A DNA stretch of 64,000 bases from a candidate division WOR-3 bacterium (GTDB taxonomy: Bacteria; Hydrothermota; Tepidihabitantia; Tepidihabitantales; Tepidihabitantaceae), in NCBI GenBank assembly GCA_965649225.1, contig CBFGJX010000002.1, forward strand, positions 64,001 to 128,000, in the 5' to 3' direction. Positions 25,540-34,348 of this stretch are shown piece after piece; position 1 is the stretch's first letter, and every line of letters starts with the position of its first letter. Both the position numbers and the translations under genes were made by a program. Below the pieces are notes generated by a model that saw only the letters and a list, made by a program, of their open reading frames with translations, was not told the origin of the DNA and did no database searches.

Positions 25540-27086
25540 TGCTGTCACGAATTGCGGCTGCCGCAGTCGTCGGGGTCGATGCGATTCTGGTGTCGGTTGA
25601 AACCGACATCGCCCTTGGTCTGCCCGCCTTCACAATGGTGGGCTTGCCTGACGCGGCTGTGAAGGAATCGCAGCACCGTGTTCAGGCTGCTGTCCGCAAT
25701 TCCGGCATCCGTTTTCCCAATCGGCGCATCACTGTCAATCTCGCCCCGGCCGACCTGAAAAAGGAAGGCTCGGCCCTGGACCTGCCGGTCGCAGTGGGCA
25801 TCGTTGCTGCTACCGGAGGGTTGTCTTCCGCACAAACCGAGGGCTGGGCGATAAACGGCGAGCTGTCTCTCGACGGCGTCCTGCGGCCGGTTCGCGGCGC
25901 CATAGCGATGGCACTCGCCTGCAAAGCAGCCGGTCTCAAAGGGCTGATCCTGCCCCGGGTAAATGCCGCTGAAGCGGCAATCGTCGATGGCATCACTGTG
26001 ATTGGCATCACCACGCTTGCCGAGGCACTCGCCTTTCTCGGCGGTACCATCACGATTGAGCCTGTCCGCGTCGATATTGAAGGCCTGTTCCGTACCGCCG
26101 GCAAAGCCGAGGTCGACTTTGCCGAAGTCCACGGTCACAGCCATGCCAAACGAGCGCTGGAAATTGCCGCTGCCGGTGGCCATAACGTATTGATGATTGG
26201 CCCCCCGGGGTCTGGCAAAACCATGCTCGCACGTCGGCTGCCGACTATTCTTCCCCCGCTTTCGCTTGATGAAGCACTGGAAACGACCAGAATTCACTCG
26301 GTTTCCGGCCTGCTGCCGGCTGAGCGGCCAATCGTTGCTGTCCGGCCATTCCGCGCTCCCCACCACAGCATCTCGGACGCCGGTCTGATTGGCGGTGGCG
26401 CAGTACCGCGGCCGGGTGAGGTATCACTGGCTCACAACGGCGTGCTCTTTCTCGACGAACTGCCCGAATTCCGCCGTGACGTCCTCGAGTCGCTGCGCCA
26501 GCCGCTCGAAGACCACGAGGTGACAATCGGCCGTGCCCGCAGCACGTTCACCTTCCCTGCCCGTTTCATGCTCATCGGGGCAATGAATCCCTGTCCCTGC
26601 GGCTTCTACGGTGACCCGCGGCACAACTGCACCTGCAGCTACCGAAGCATTCGCCGGTACCGCAGCCGGATATCCGGGCCACTGCTCGACCGGATTGACA
26701 TTCACATCGAGGTGCCGGCACTGAAGTACGACGAAATCGCCCGCCGCCACCAGAACGAAGACTCAGGCTCGATTGCCGCCCGGGTGCAAAACGCCCGCCG
26801 GCGCCAACTGGAACGACTCGCGGCCGAAAGCAGCCCGCGTCGCGGCTACTGTAATGCCCAGCTTTCTCCGGCTCAGATTCGCCGCTATTGCGCCGTTGAC
26901 ACCGCCGGTCAGGAGTTGCTGAAAGCCGCGATAGAGCGCCTGGGGATTTCGGCTCGGGCTTATCATCGAATTCTGAAAGTGGCACGAACCATCGCCGATC
27001 TTCGTGTCGCTGACCGCATCGAGGCCTCCGACATCACCGAGGCAATTCAGTACCGTAGTCTCGACCGTACGTCATGGCCAAACTGA
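25539..27086 (+). CDS. comM: ComM/YifB Mg-chelatase-like AAA+ helicase
   Basis: VGLPDAAVKES, NLAPAD, GPPGSGKT, LAHNGVLFLDE, NPCPCG and SGPLLDRID. Confidence 0.95.
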   Translation: MLSRIAAAAVVGVDAILVSVETDIALGLPAFTMVGLPDAAVKESQHRVQAAVRNSGIRFPNRRITVNLAPADLKKEGSALDLPVAVGIVAATGGLSSAQTEGWAINGELSLDGVLRPVRGAIAMALACKAAGLKGLILPRVNAAEAAIVDGITVIGITTLAEALAFLGGTITIEPVRVDIEGLFRTAGKAEVDFAEVHGHSHAKRALEIAAAGGHNVLMIGPPGSGKTMLARRLPTILPPLSLDEALETTRIHSVSGLLPAERPIVAVRPFRAPHHSISDAGLIGGGAVPRPGEVSLAHNGVLFLDELPEFRRDVLESLRQPLEDHEVTIGRARSTFTFPARFMLIGAMNPCPCGFYGDPRHNCTCSYRSIRRYRSRISGPLLDRIDIHIEVPALKYDEIARRHQNEDSGSIAARVQNARRRQLERLAAESSPRRGYCNAQLSPAQIRRYCAVDTAGQELLKAAIERLGISARAYHRILKVARTIADLRVADRIEASDITEAIQYRSLDRTSWPN

Positions 27087-27102
27087 ACAAGGAGTGAAAC
27101 AC

Positions 27103-28431
27103 ATGGAGCTTGAGCAGAAGATAGTCAACCACAAGGCCCGGGTTGCCGTCATCGGCATCGGCTACGTTGGATTACCGCTGGCAATCGAAATGGCCCGGGC
27201 AGGTTACAGCGTCATCGGCATCGACGTTGACGCCAGCAAAATCAACGCCATCCGCCAGCGGCGGAGCTTTATCGGTGACGTCAGTGACGAGGAAGTAGCG
27301 GCGATGGTCGACGCCGGCCGCCTGACGGTCACCAACGACTACCGCGCCTGCGCCAGCTGCGACGTAATCAACATCTGCGTTCCGACACCGTTCACTGCCT
27401 CCAAGGACCCCGACACCAGTTACATAGTCGAGTCCGGTCGGCTGGTTGCCCGACACCTGCATCCTGGGCAGCTGGTCATCCTCCGGTCAACAACATACCC
27501 GGAGACAACCGAGAAGATTCTTCAGCCAATACTGGACGGTACCGGCTTGACCGTCGGGCAGGACTATTTCCTGAGCTTCGCTCCCGAGCGCATCGACCCC
27601 GGCAATCGCCGTTTCAACACCAGAACCACGCCGGTTGTTGTCGGGGGTGTCACCAGGCGTTGTACCCGGCTGACAGCGCTGTTCTACTCCCAGTTTGTGG
27701 AGAAAGTGGTGCCAGTATCGTCTCCCCGGGTTGCCGAAATGTCAAAACTGCTGGAAAACATCTTCCGCAGCGTCAACATCGCGCTGGTCAATGAACTGGC
27801 TCTGATGTGCGAGCGGATGGGCAACATCGACGTCTGGGAGGTCATTGCCGCCGCCTCCAGCAAGCCGTTCGGCTTCATGCCTTTCTACCCGGGTCCTGGA
27901 ATCGGTGGCCACTGCATCCTCATCGATCCGTACTACTTGGCCTGGAAGGCGCGCGAGTACGACTTCCATTCCAACTTTATCGAACTCGCGGCTCAGACCA
28001 ATGAGAACATGCCCTTCTATGTTGCCAGCCGCGCTCTGGAAGTCCTTGGTACCAATGGCCGGGCAGCCTCGAAAGCGCGGCTGCTGGTGCTGGGTGCCGC
28101 CTTCAAGAAGAACGTCGAGGACACTCGTCACTCGCCGGCGATCAAGGTGATTGAGCTGCTGCAAGACAAGGTGCGCCGGATTGACTACCACGACCCCTAT
28201 GTGCCCAGCATCACGACCGGTAGCAAGGAATACCGTTCAGTCAAACTGACCCGAAGGGTTCTCAAGGAAGCCGACCTGGTGCTGATCCTGACTGATCACG
28301 ACTGCTTCGACTATGACGCCGTTTTTCGCTCCAGTTCTCTGATCCTCGATGCCCGCAACGCAATCAAACGGCGTGGCCGCAAGCTTTACACACTGGGAAA
28401 TCGGATCAGCCCCCAGCGGCCCAAGTCCTGA
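27103..28431 (+). CDS. Nucleotide-sugar dehydrogenase (UDP-GlcNAc/ManNAc 6-dehydrogenase, WbpA/WecC family)
   Basis: GIGYVGLP, CVPTP, PERIDPGN, KLLENIFR and GPGIGGHC; AAGGAG before ATG 27103. Confidence 0.92.
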   Translation: MELEQKIVNHKARVAVIGIGYVGLPLAIEMARAGYSVIGIDVDASKINAIRQRRSFIGDVSDEEVAAMVDAGRLTVTNDYRACASCDVINICVPTPFTASKDPDTSYIVESGRLVARHLHPGQLVILRSTTYPETTEKILQPILDGTGLTVGQDYFLSFAPERIDPGNRRFNTRTTPVVVGGVTRRCTRLTALFYSQFVEKVVPVSSPRVAEMSKLLENIFRSVNIALVNELALMCERMGNIDVWEVIAAASSKPFGFMPFYPGPGIGGHCILIDPYYLAWKAREYDFHSNFIELAAQTNENMPFYVASRALEVLGTNGRAASKARLLVLGAAFKKNVEDTRHSPAIKVIELLQDKVRRIDYHDPYVPSITTGSKEYRSVKLTRRVLKEADLVLILTDHDCFDYDAVFRSSSLILDARNAIKRRGRKLYTLGNRISPQRPKS

Positions 28432-28846
28432 TCGCGGCAGCTACCGCCGGCAGCGCCCGGGCCACTGAAGGCGAAAGCGGCGCCCCAAAGTCCAGTCGCT
28501 CCGGCTGAACTGCCAGCAGCTCAACACTGCACTGGGCAGCTGCAAGCAGCTCAGCAAGAAGTGCGAGGGGCAGCGTATGGGTCGAAATCTGCCGGGCCGT
28601 GAGCAGTTTTATCGCTGCGCAGTCAAAGAAACGAAAGCCGCCCGGCTCGGCGCCAAAGTCGCAGGCATCCACCAGCAAAATATTGGCCGGCGCCATCTCC
28701 ATCAACGGTCCCAGCAGATTCTCCGGGGCGGTGCCGCCGTCGTAGATCACCGCATCCTCCAGCGTGCCGATTGTCTCAGTCACTATCGGGCCGACGGCAT
28801 CATCGCCCCGCAGACGATTGCCGATTCCAACAACTGCGCGGCGCAC
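28406..28846 (-). CDS. hycI: Hydrogenase maturation endopeptidase (HycI-like)
   Basis: GIGNRLRGDDAVG, GGTAPEN, VDA and STHTLPL. Confidence 0.88.
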   Translation of the reverse strand: MRRAVVGIGNRLRGDDAVGPIVTETIGTLEDAVIYDGGTAPENLLGPLMEMAPANILLVDACDFGAEPGGFRFFDCAAIKLLTARQISTHTLPLALLAELLAAAQCSVELLAVQPERLDFGAPLSPSVARALPAVAAAIRTWAAGG

Positions 28847-29823
28847 TAATCGACCCGGCGCAGCAGGGCCCGCGCCTCGGCAATGTAGTTACGCAACCAT
28901 GGCACTTCCGACTGTCTGGGGGCGAGTGCGATTATTCGCCGAAAACTCGCCGCCGCGGCTCGCTTCATGCCAAGCCCAAGATACGCCTTGCCGCAAACCA
29001 GCCAGTTCTCGGAAAGCCCGTAAAGGTTGCCGGGATAGGAGGTCCGGATCGACTGTTCGATCTCGCCGGCGACCTCGAGAGCACGACGATAGTCTTTGCT
29101 TTCGAGCAAGGCATCACGCAGCAGCCGCAGTGCCGCCCGGTTGCCAGGATAGCGAAGCAACAGGACTTCGCAGCGGCGGACTGCTTCACTCGGCCGGCCA
29201 TCCTGCTTTGCCATAAATGCCAGTGCGAAACGGGCTGCGTCGGCCAACGCACCATTGCCCGCCGCCGTCCTTTCGACCTGCTCACGCGCCTGACGCACAG
29301 AACCGAACAGTGATAAACCGAGAGTATAGCGGCGTGACTGGGCTTTAAAGAACTCAACCAGACCAATTCCCAACCAGCAATCGACCATGTCCGGCTCCAC
29401 CGCCAGTGCCCGGTTTAAGAGGCCGGTCACCGGCGCGATTCTCACTATCGCCCGCAGGTACTGTTGCTGCCAGCCCAGCATTTCTGCCTGATTGAGCAAC
29501 CCGACCCCGTGACAGAAGCAGGCCCAGGCATCATCAGGTCGCGCTTCCAGTCGCACACGGCAGACATTCTCGAGCCGGCTGCTCAGGCGATAGAACGAAT
29601 CGACGAGGTTCAAATTGCCGGAGTCATAGATTTCGAGGCGGACGACATTGGCCATGATCAGCAGACCGGTGGGGTCTTCCGAGGTGGCCGACAGCAACCG
29701 TTCGGCCACCGCCCCGGCACCACGATAGTCCTGTCGATAAAGCCGCTCGCCCGCAAGCCGCAGCTCGGCCAACGGCTGCAGGTTCGCAGCTAGGCCAGCG
29801 ACCACCAACAGGAGCGGGTGCAA
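28846..29823 (-). CDS. Exported tetratricopeptide-repeat protein
   Basis: Helical A/L-rich repeats (ALAVEP, YPGN, GKAY..LG...A); N-terminal hydrophobic segment. Confidence 0.7.
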   Translation of the reverse strand: MHPLLLVVAGLAANLQPLAELRLAGERLYRQDYRGAGAVAERLLSATSEDPTGLLIMANVVRLEIYDSGNLNLVDSFYRLSSRLENVCRVRLEARPDDAWACFCHGVGLLNQAEMLGWQQQYLRAIVRIAPVTGLLNRALAVEPDMVDCWLGIGLVEFFKAQSRRYTLGLSLFGSVRQAREQVERTAAGNGALADAARFALAFMAKQDGRPSEAVRRCEVLLLRYPGNRAALRLLRDALLESKDYRRALEVAGEIEQSIRTSYPGNLYGLSENWLVCGKAYLGLGMKRAAAASFRRIIALAPRQSEVPWLRNYIAEARALLRRVD

Positions 29824-29824
29824 T

Positions 29825-30199
29825 CTAGATTTCGGCGATGACCTCGATCTCGACTACAACACCCTTGGGCAGAGCGGCAACCTGAACCGTTGACCGAGCC
29901 GGATAGGGCGGCCGGAAGAACCGGCCGTACACCTCGTTCACTTTTGCAAAATCGGCCATGTCGGTGAGGAAAATGGTCACCTTTACTGCCCGATCGAGTC
30001 CGGTCCCAGCTGCGTTCAGCAGCGCATCGAGGTTGCGCAGTACCAGCTCAGTCGCCTTCTCGACATCGCTCTCAATCCGCCCGGTGGCAGCATCGACAGG
30101 AATCTGTCCGGAGGTGAATACAAGGTTACCGATCCTTACGGCCTGGCTGTACGGCCCGACCGGTGCAGGCACAGACTCAGAGTTGATTATTTGTTTCAT
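29825..30199 (-). CDS. ridA: RidA family enamine/imine deaminase
   Basis: GPYSQA, SGQIP, NEVY..FF, PARS and VEIE. Confidence 0.95.
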   Translation of the reverse strand: MKQIINSESVPAPVGPYSQAVRIGNLVFTSGQIPVDAATGRIESDVEKATELVLRNLDALLNAAGTGLDRAVKVTIFLTDMADFAKVNEVYGRFFRPPYPARSTVQVAALPKGVVVEIEVIAEI

Positions 30200-31110
30200 T
30201 GTGATGCCAGATTTCCCAGAGCAATCGAATAGAGTTTGGTTTCCGCCGAGTCGGCACGCGACAGCATCACTATCGGCCGCCGGGCACCGACAACTATCCC
30301 ACAGGCTTTCGCGCCACCCAAATACTGCAGACCCTTGGCAAGAATGTTGCCCGTTGTCATGCTGGGCACGACAAGAATATCCACATCGCCGGCCACCTGT
30401 GACTGAACCCGCTTAGTATCGGCTGCCTGGCGCGACAGAGCCACATCAACTGCCAGTGGTCCTTCTACAATTGCCGAACCGAACTCCCCCTGTTCGGCTA
30501 TCCGCGTTACTATCGCCCAGTCAAGAGTTTCCGACATGTTCAGTTTCACCCGCTCAACCGCAGACAGCAGTGCCACCTTGGGCCGCGAGTTGCCCAGGAA
30601 GTGCGACAGTTCTATCGCATTGCGGACGATATCGATCTTGCGTTTCAAATCGAGTTCGGCGTTGATACCGCCATCGGTAATAGCCAATGTCTTGTGGTAA
30701 GAGGGCAACTCCAGATAGGCGACGTGGGACAGAATCCTCTCGCCCCGCATACCATTGGCCTCATCCAGCACTCCACGCAGAAAAACAGCCGTTTCAACGA
30801 GTCCCTTCATCAGGAAGTCGCCGTTCTGCGCCGCGTCACGTACCGCTGCTGTAACCGCCGCCTCTGGTGACTCATTGTGAATGACCTCGAGCTCGACGCA
30901 TTCAGCTCCAACGCTTCGGCAGACGGCACTGATTCGGTCACGGTCGCCGTAGAGCACGCCGCGTGCAATTCCGGCCCGTGTCGCATCGACGAGCGCAACG
31001 ACTGTTGCGGGGTCTTCAGCGCAGGCAACAACACAGCGTTTGGGGCCGCGCTGGCGCGCAGTTTCGAGCATCTGGTCGAAAGTCCCGCGCGGGCCGAGGT
31101 CAACAGCCAT
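30196..31110 (-). CDS. ptb: Phosphate butyryl/acetyltransferase
   Basis: LMKGLVET, LSHV, TDGGIN, EGPLAVDVA, GNILAK and SRADS; start set at ATG 31110. Confidence 0.88.
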   Translation of the reverse strand: MAVDLGPRGTFDQMLETARQRGPKRCVVACAEDPATVVALVDATRAGIARGVLYGDRDRISAVCRSVGAECVELEVIHNESPEAAVTAAVRDAAQNGDFLMKGLVETAVFLRGVLDEANGMRGERILSHVAYLELPSYHKTLAITDGGINAELDLKRKIDIVRNAIELSHFLGNSRPKVALLSAVERVKLNMSETLDWAIVTRIAEQGEFGSAIVEGPLAVDVALSRQAADTKRVQSQVAGDVDILVVPSMTTGNILAKGLQYLGGAKACGIVVGARRPIVMLSRADSAETKLYSIALGNLASQ

Positions 31111-32479
31111 AGTAGAGTTCGTACTCCCAGGGATGAGGTCGTTTGGCAACCGCATCGGCCTCGACGAACTTCATCTCAATCCAGCGATCGATCAGATCTT
31201 GGCTGAACACACCGGACTCTACGAGATAACCGCAGTCAGCACGAAGTTCAGACAACGCAGCGGCCAGGGACGTTGGCAACTGCCGGGCCGACTGAGCCTG
31301 TTCCCGACTCTCAATTCGTCCTTCGAGTGGCGGGCCGGGGTCGATCTTTTTAGCGATCCCGTCTCGCCCGGCCAGAAGGATCGCGGCCAATGCCAGGTAT
31401 GGATTGGCACTGGCGTCAGGAATCCGATACTCTATCGCCATCCGTCCAGAAGAGACGGCATAACCCGGAATGCGGATCGCAGCAGTTCGGTTGGCTATTG
31501 AGTAGAAAACAAGCACCGGTGCCTCGAACCCCGGCGTCAAACGCCGGTAGGAGTTTGTGCTTGGGTTGGTAAGGGCGCACAATCCGGGCGCATGACTCAT
31601 AATCCCACCGATGAAGCAACGAGCAAGCTCCGACAGCTCAGGTAACCCTCCCCGCACCGCAAACAGTGAGCGTCCCTGGTCAGCCATGTAGATGTGCAGA
31701 TGCATACCGGAGCCCGGTTCGCCATGCAGTGGTTTCGGCATGAACGTCGCAGTCTTACCTTCCCGGAAGGCCAGGTTGCGGACAAGATACTTGGTCAGCA
31801 TGACGGCGTCACCCGCACGTTCAACCGGGATGAACGACGATTCAACTTCAACCTGCGAGTAGCGCCCGCCCTCGTGATGGTGGTACTTCACCGGCAGGCC
31901 GACACTCGCCATCAGGCCGGCTAGTTCGCTGCGAAAATCACTGCTGCGGTCGAATGGCGGTGCGACCTCGTACGCCACTCCCTTGTAGAGTGACAGTCCG
32001 GTCCGGTCATCATGTCTCAGTTCATCGCTCTCGACACGGAAGAGTGAACCGGTCGCTTCGTTGGAAAAAAGCACGTTGTTGAACAGGTAGAACTCAAACT
32101 CCGACAGAACCATAATCTCGCTCGCTCCGGCCGTCTGCTTGGTCAGGGCAATCGCCTGCGCCAGCATCCGGCGCGGGTCACGCGAATAGGGTTCGCCAGT
32201 CAGCGGGTCATACAGACTGGCGAAACACGACACTGTCGGTGCGGTTGCAAAAGGATTGACAAACGCCGAGTCGATATCGGGCTTCAGAACCAGGTCGCCC
32301 GATTCGACACTGCGGAACCCGGGTACCGACGAGCTGTCGAATCCGACCCCCTCATTCACCGCCGCCTCAAGCCGTTCGATTGGCAATGTCACATGATGAA
32401 GCCGTCCCAGCAGGTCCGGGTACAGCAGGTCGATGAAAAGGACTTTCCTTTCGGCAACTGTCTTCGATAGTCTTTCCAC
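31100..32479 (-). CDS. glnA: Glutamine synthetase type I
   Basis: FDSSS, ESGDL, EFEFYLF, HHE, TFMPKP, GSGMH, NSYRRL.PGFEAP, NRTAAIRIP and NPYLA. Confidence 0.93.
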   Translation of the reverse strand: MERLSKTVAERKVLFIDLLYPDLLGRLHHVTLPIERLEAAVNEGVGFDSSSVPGFRSVESGDLVLKPDIDSAFVNPFATAPTVSCFASLYDPLTGEPYSRDPRRMLAQAIALTKQTAGASEIMVLSEFEFYLFNNVLFSNEATGSLFRVESDELRHDDRTGLSLYKGVAYEVAPPFDRSSDFRSELAGLMASVGLPVKYHHHEGGRYSQVEVESSFIPVERAGDAVMLTKYLVRNLAFREGKTATFMPKPLHGEPGSGMHLHIYMADQGRSLFAVRGGLPELSELARCFIGGIMSHAPGLCALTNPSTNSYRRLTPGFEAPVLVFYSIANRTAAIRIPGYAVSSGRMAIEYRIPDASANPYLALAAILLAGRDGIAKKIDPGPPLEGRIESREQAQSARQLPTSLAAALSELRADCGYLVESGVFSQDLIDRWIEMKFVEADAVAKRPHPWEYELYYGC

Positions 32480-32486
32480 AAGCCTA

Positions 32487-32514
32487 AGCTTGCCGCCACC
32501 GCCGTGAAAGTCAA
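32487..32514 (-). promoter_or_regulatory. Candidate leaderless promoter of the glnA operon
   Basis: TTGACT-16-CAAGCT, then 7 nt to GTG; weak -10. Confidence 0.45.
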
Positions 32515-32533
32515 CCCGCTCGTTTTCGGGCGC

Positions 32534-32561
32534 TTGACACCGCCTCCGGCAGCACGACAAT
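32534..32561 (+). promoter_or_regulatory. Leaderless-type promoter of the lptE operon
   Basis: TTGACA-16-GACAAT, then 6 nt to GTG. Confidence 0.6.
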
Positions 32562-32567
32562 CTGGTC

Positions 32568-33041
32568 GTGCGTACCCTGCTGCCATTGCTCGCCCTGACG
32601 CTGCTGTCATGCGGCTACTCAACCCGTTCGCTGCTTCCTCCCCATCTCAACACCATCGGAATCGAGCCGATAGAAAACCTCTCGGCGCAGCCTGAAGCCG
32701 CCGGTCTGCTTGAACAGCAGCTCCGCAGCGAGTTTGCACGCGACCGGACTCTGCGCGTGGTCGATGTCGAGCGCGGCGATATCCTTCTGAAAATCCAGGT
32801 AACTGGCTATTCAAAAGAAGCTGAGGCCTATACCGGCGACCAGCGCATTTCCAGCTACCGACTGACGACAGCAGCGTCCGTTTCGGCACTTGACCGGGTA
32901 CGCGACGAGAATCTCTATTCCGGGACCATAACCGCTCAAATCTCATACGATCCGAACCAGAGCTCCGAAGAACAGGCGACCGGCGATTTGATGGCCAGAC
33001 TGGCCCGCGATATAGTCCGCATTTTGCTGTTGGCGTGGTAA
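32568..33041 (+). CDS. lptE: LPS assembly lipoprotein LptE-like
   Basis: Lipobox LLSCGY; length and C-terminal LARDIV helix fit LptE. Confidence 0.8.
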   Translation: MRTLLPLLALTLLSCGYSTRSLLPPHLNTIGIEPIENLSAQPEAAGLLEQQLRSEFARDRTLRVVDVERGDILLKIQVTGYSKEAEAYTGDQRISSYRLTTAASVSALDRVRDENLYSGTITAQISYDPNQSSEEQATGDLMARLARDIVRILLLAW

Positions 33042-34348
33042 TGGAACTCGCCGTCCGACAGCTTGTTGCCGGCGGCGACGGCATAGCCGAGTGGGACGGC
33101 ATGAAGGTCTTTGTCCGCGGGGCCGCTCCAAAAGAAATCGTCCGCGCCCGGCTGCTTGAGCGCCGCCGAGACTACGCCATTGCCGAAACGGTCGAAGTTC
33201 TGAATGCCTCTCCAGACCGGCGAATTCCTCCTTGTCCGCTGTTCGGTATGTGCGGTGGCTGCCAGCTCCAGCATTTGAACTATTCCGGCCAGCTGGTCGC
33301 CAAAAGATCTATCGCCGAGGAAACTTTGCGTCGTCTCGGTCACTTGTCGCTGGAGGCTGCGACCGTCTACCCGGCGCCAGTTGAATGGCACTACCGTAAC
33401 AAGACTCAGTATCCGGTGCAGACATCCGGCGTAGGCTTCTATCGCCGGTTCAGCCATGACCTTGTGAATGTCAGCCAGTGCCTGCTCCATCCACCCAGCT
33501 TCGATGAAATCCGTCGTCACTTCCTGGACCAGCTCACCGCCGGACTCGAAACTCCCTATTCCGAACCACACCACCGGGGCAACATTCGTCATCTGATTCT
33601 GCGCACCGGCCTGCCCGCAAAAGGGACCCATGCCATCATCGTAACGAGGGAGAACACGCTCAACCGTCAGCTCGTTGACCGTCTGATCGGCTCCGGTCTG
33701 GTTGCTGCCGTTCTGCAAAGCCATAACCCTGACCGGGGAAATCGCATTCTCGGTTCGACGCCCCGACTGGTTGCCGGCACCGATTCATTGATCGTCATGG
33801 AACTGGCCGGGTTGAGAATCGCAGTCCCGCCCGGAGCATTTTTTCAGGTCAACACGCAACAGGCGGCTGTTCTCGCTGACGCTGTTGTCCGACTGGCCGG
33901 TCTGCAGGGTCACGAGAAGGTGCTCGAACTTTACTGCGGCTGCGGCCTGCTGACACTGAATCTTGCTCGCTATTGCCGACGCGTTGTCGGTATTGAGATC
34001 GATTCAGTCGCGGTCGAACAGGCCCGCTCCAATGCCACGGTAAATGGCCTCGACAACGCGACCTTTCACCACGGCGACGTCGAGGCACTTTCCGATATCG
34101 GCAAGGCTGAACTGGTTGTCCTTGATCCACCACGGCGCGGCTGTTCCCAGCAGGTTCTGCAGCGAATCGCCGCAGCCAGCCCGCGCCGAATCATCTACGT
34201 TTCCTGCAACCCGGCGACACTGGCCCGGGACGTTGCATTCCTGGCCGAACTCGATTATCGGCCGACCCGACTTGAACTCATCGATATGTTCCCCCAGACG
34301 TCACACATCGAATCAATCTGCCTTATCGAATCTGATTTCACTCGATAA
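33041..34348 (+). CDS. rlmD: 23S rRNA (uracil-1939-C5)-methyltransferase
   Basis: TRAM domain; CPLFGMCGGC, YRNK, FFQVN, LDPPRRG, YVSCNPATLARD and DMFPQTSHIE. Confidence 0.93.
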   Translation: MELAVRQLVAGGDGIAEWDGMKVFVRGAAPKEIVRARLLERRRDYAIAETVEVLNASPDRRIPPCPLFGMCGGCQLQHLNYSGQLVAKRSIAEETLRRLGHLSLEAATVYPAPVEWHYRNKTQYPVQTSGVGFYRRFSHDLVNVSQCLLHPPSFDEIRRHFLDQLTAGLETPYSEPHHRGNIRHLILRTGLPAKGTHAIIVTRENTLNRQLVDRLIGSGLVAAVLQSHNPDRGNRILGSTPRLVAGTDSLIVMELAGLRIAVPPGAFFQVNTQQAAVLADAVVRLAGLQGHEKVLELYCGCGLLTLNLARYCRRVVGIEIDSVAVEQARSNATVNGLDNATFHHGDVEALSDIGKAELVVLDPPRRGCSQQVLQRIAAASPRRIIYVSCNPATLARDVAFLAELDYRPTRLELIDMFPQTSHIESICLIESDFTR

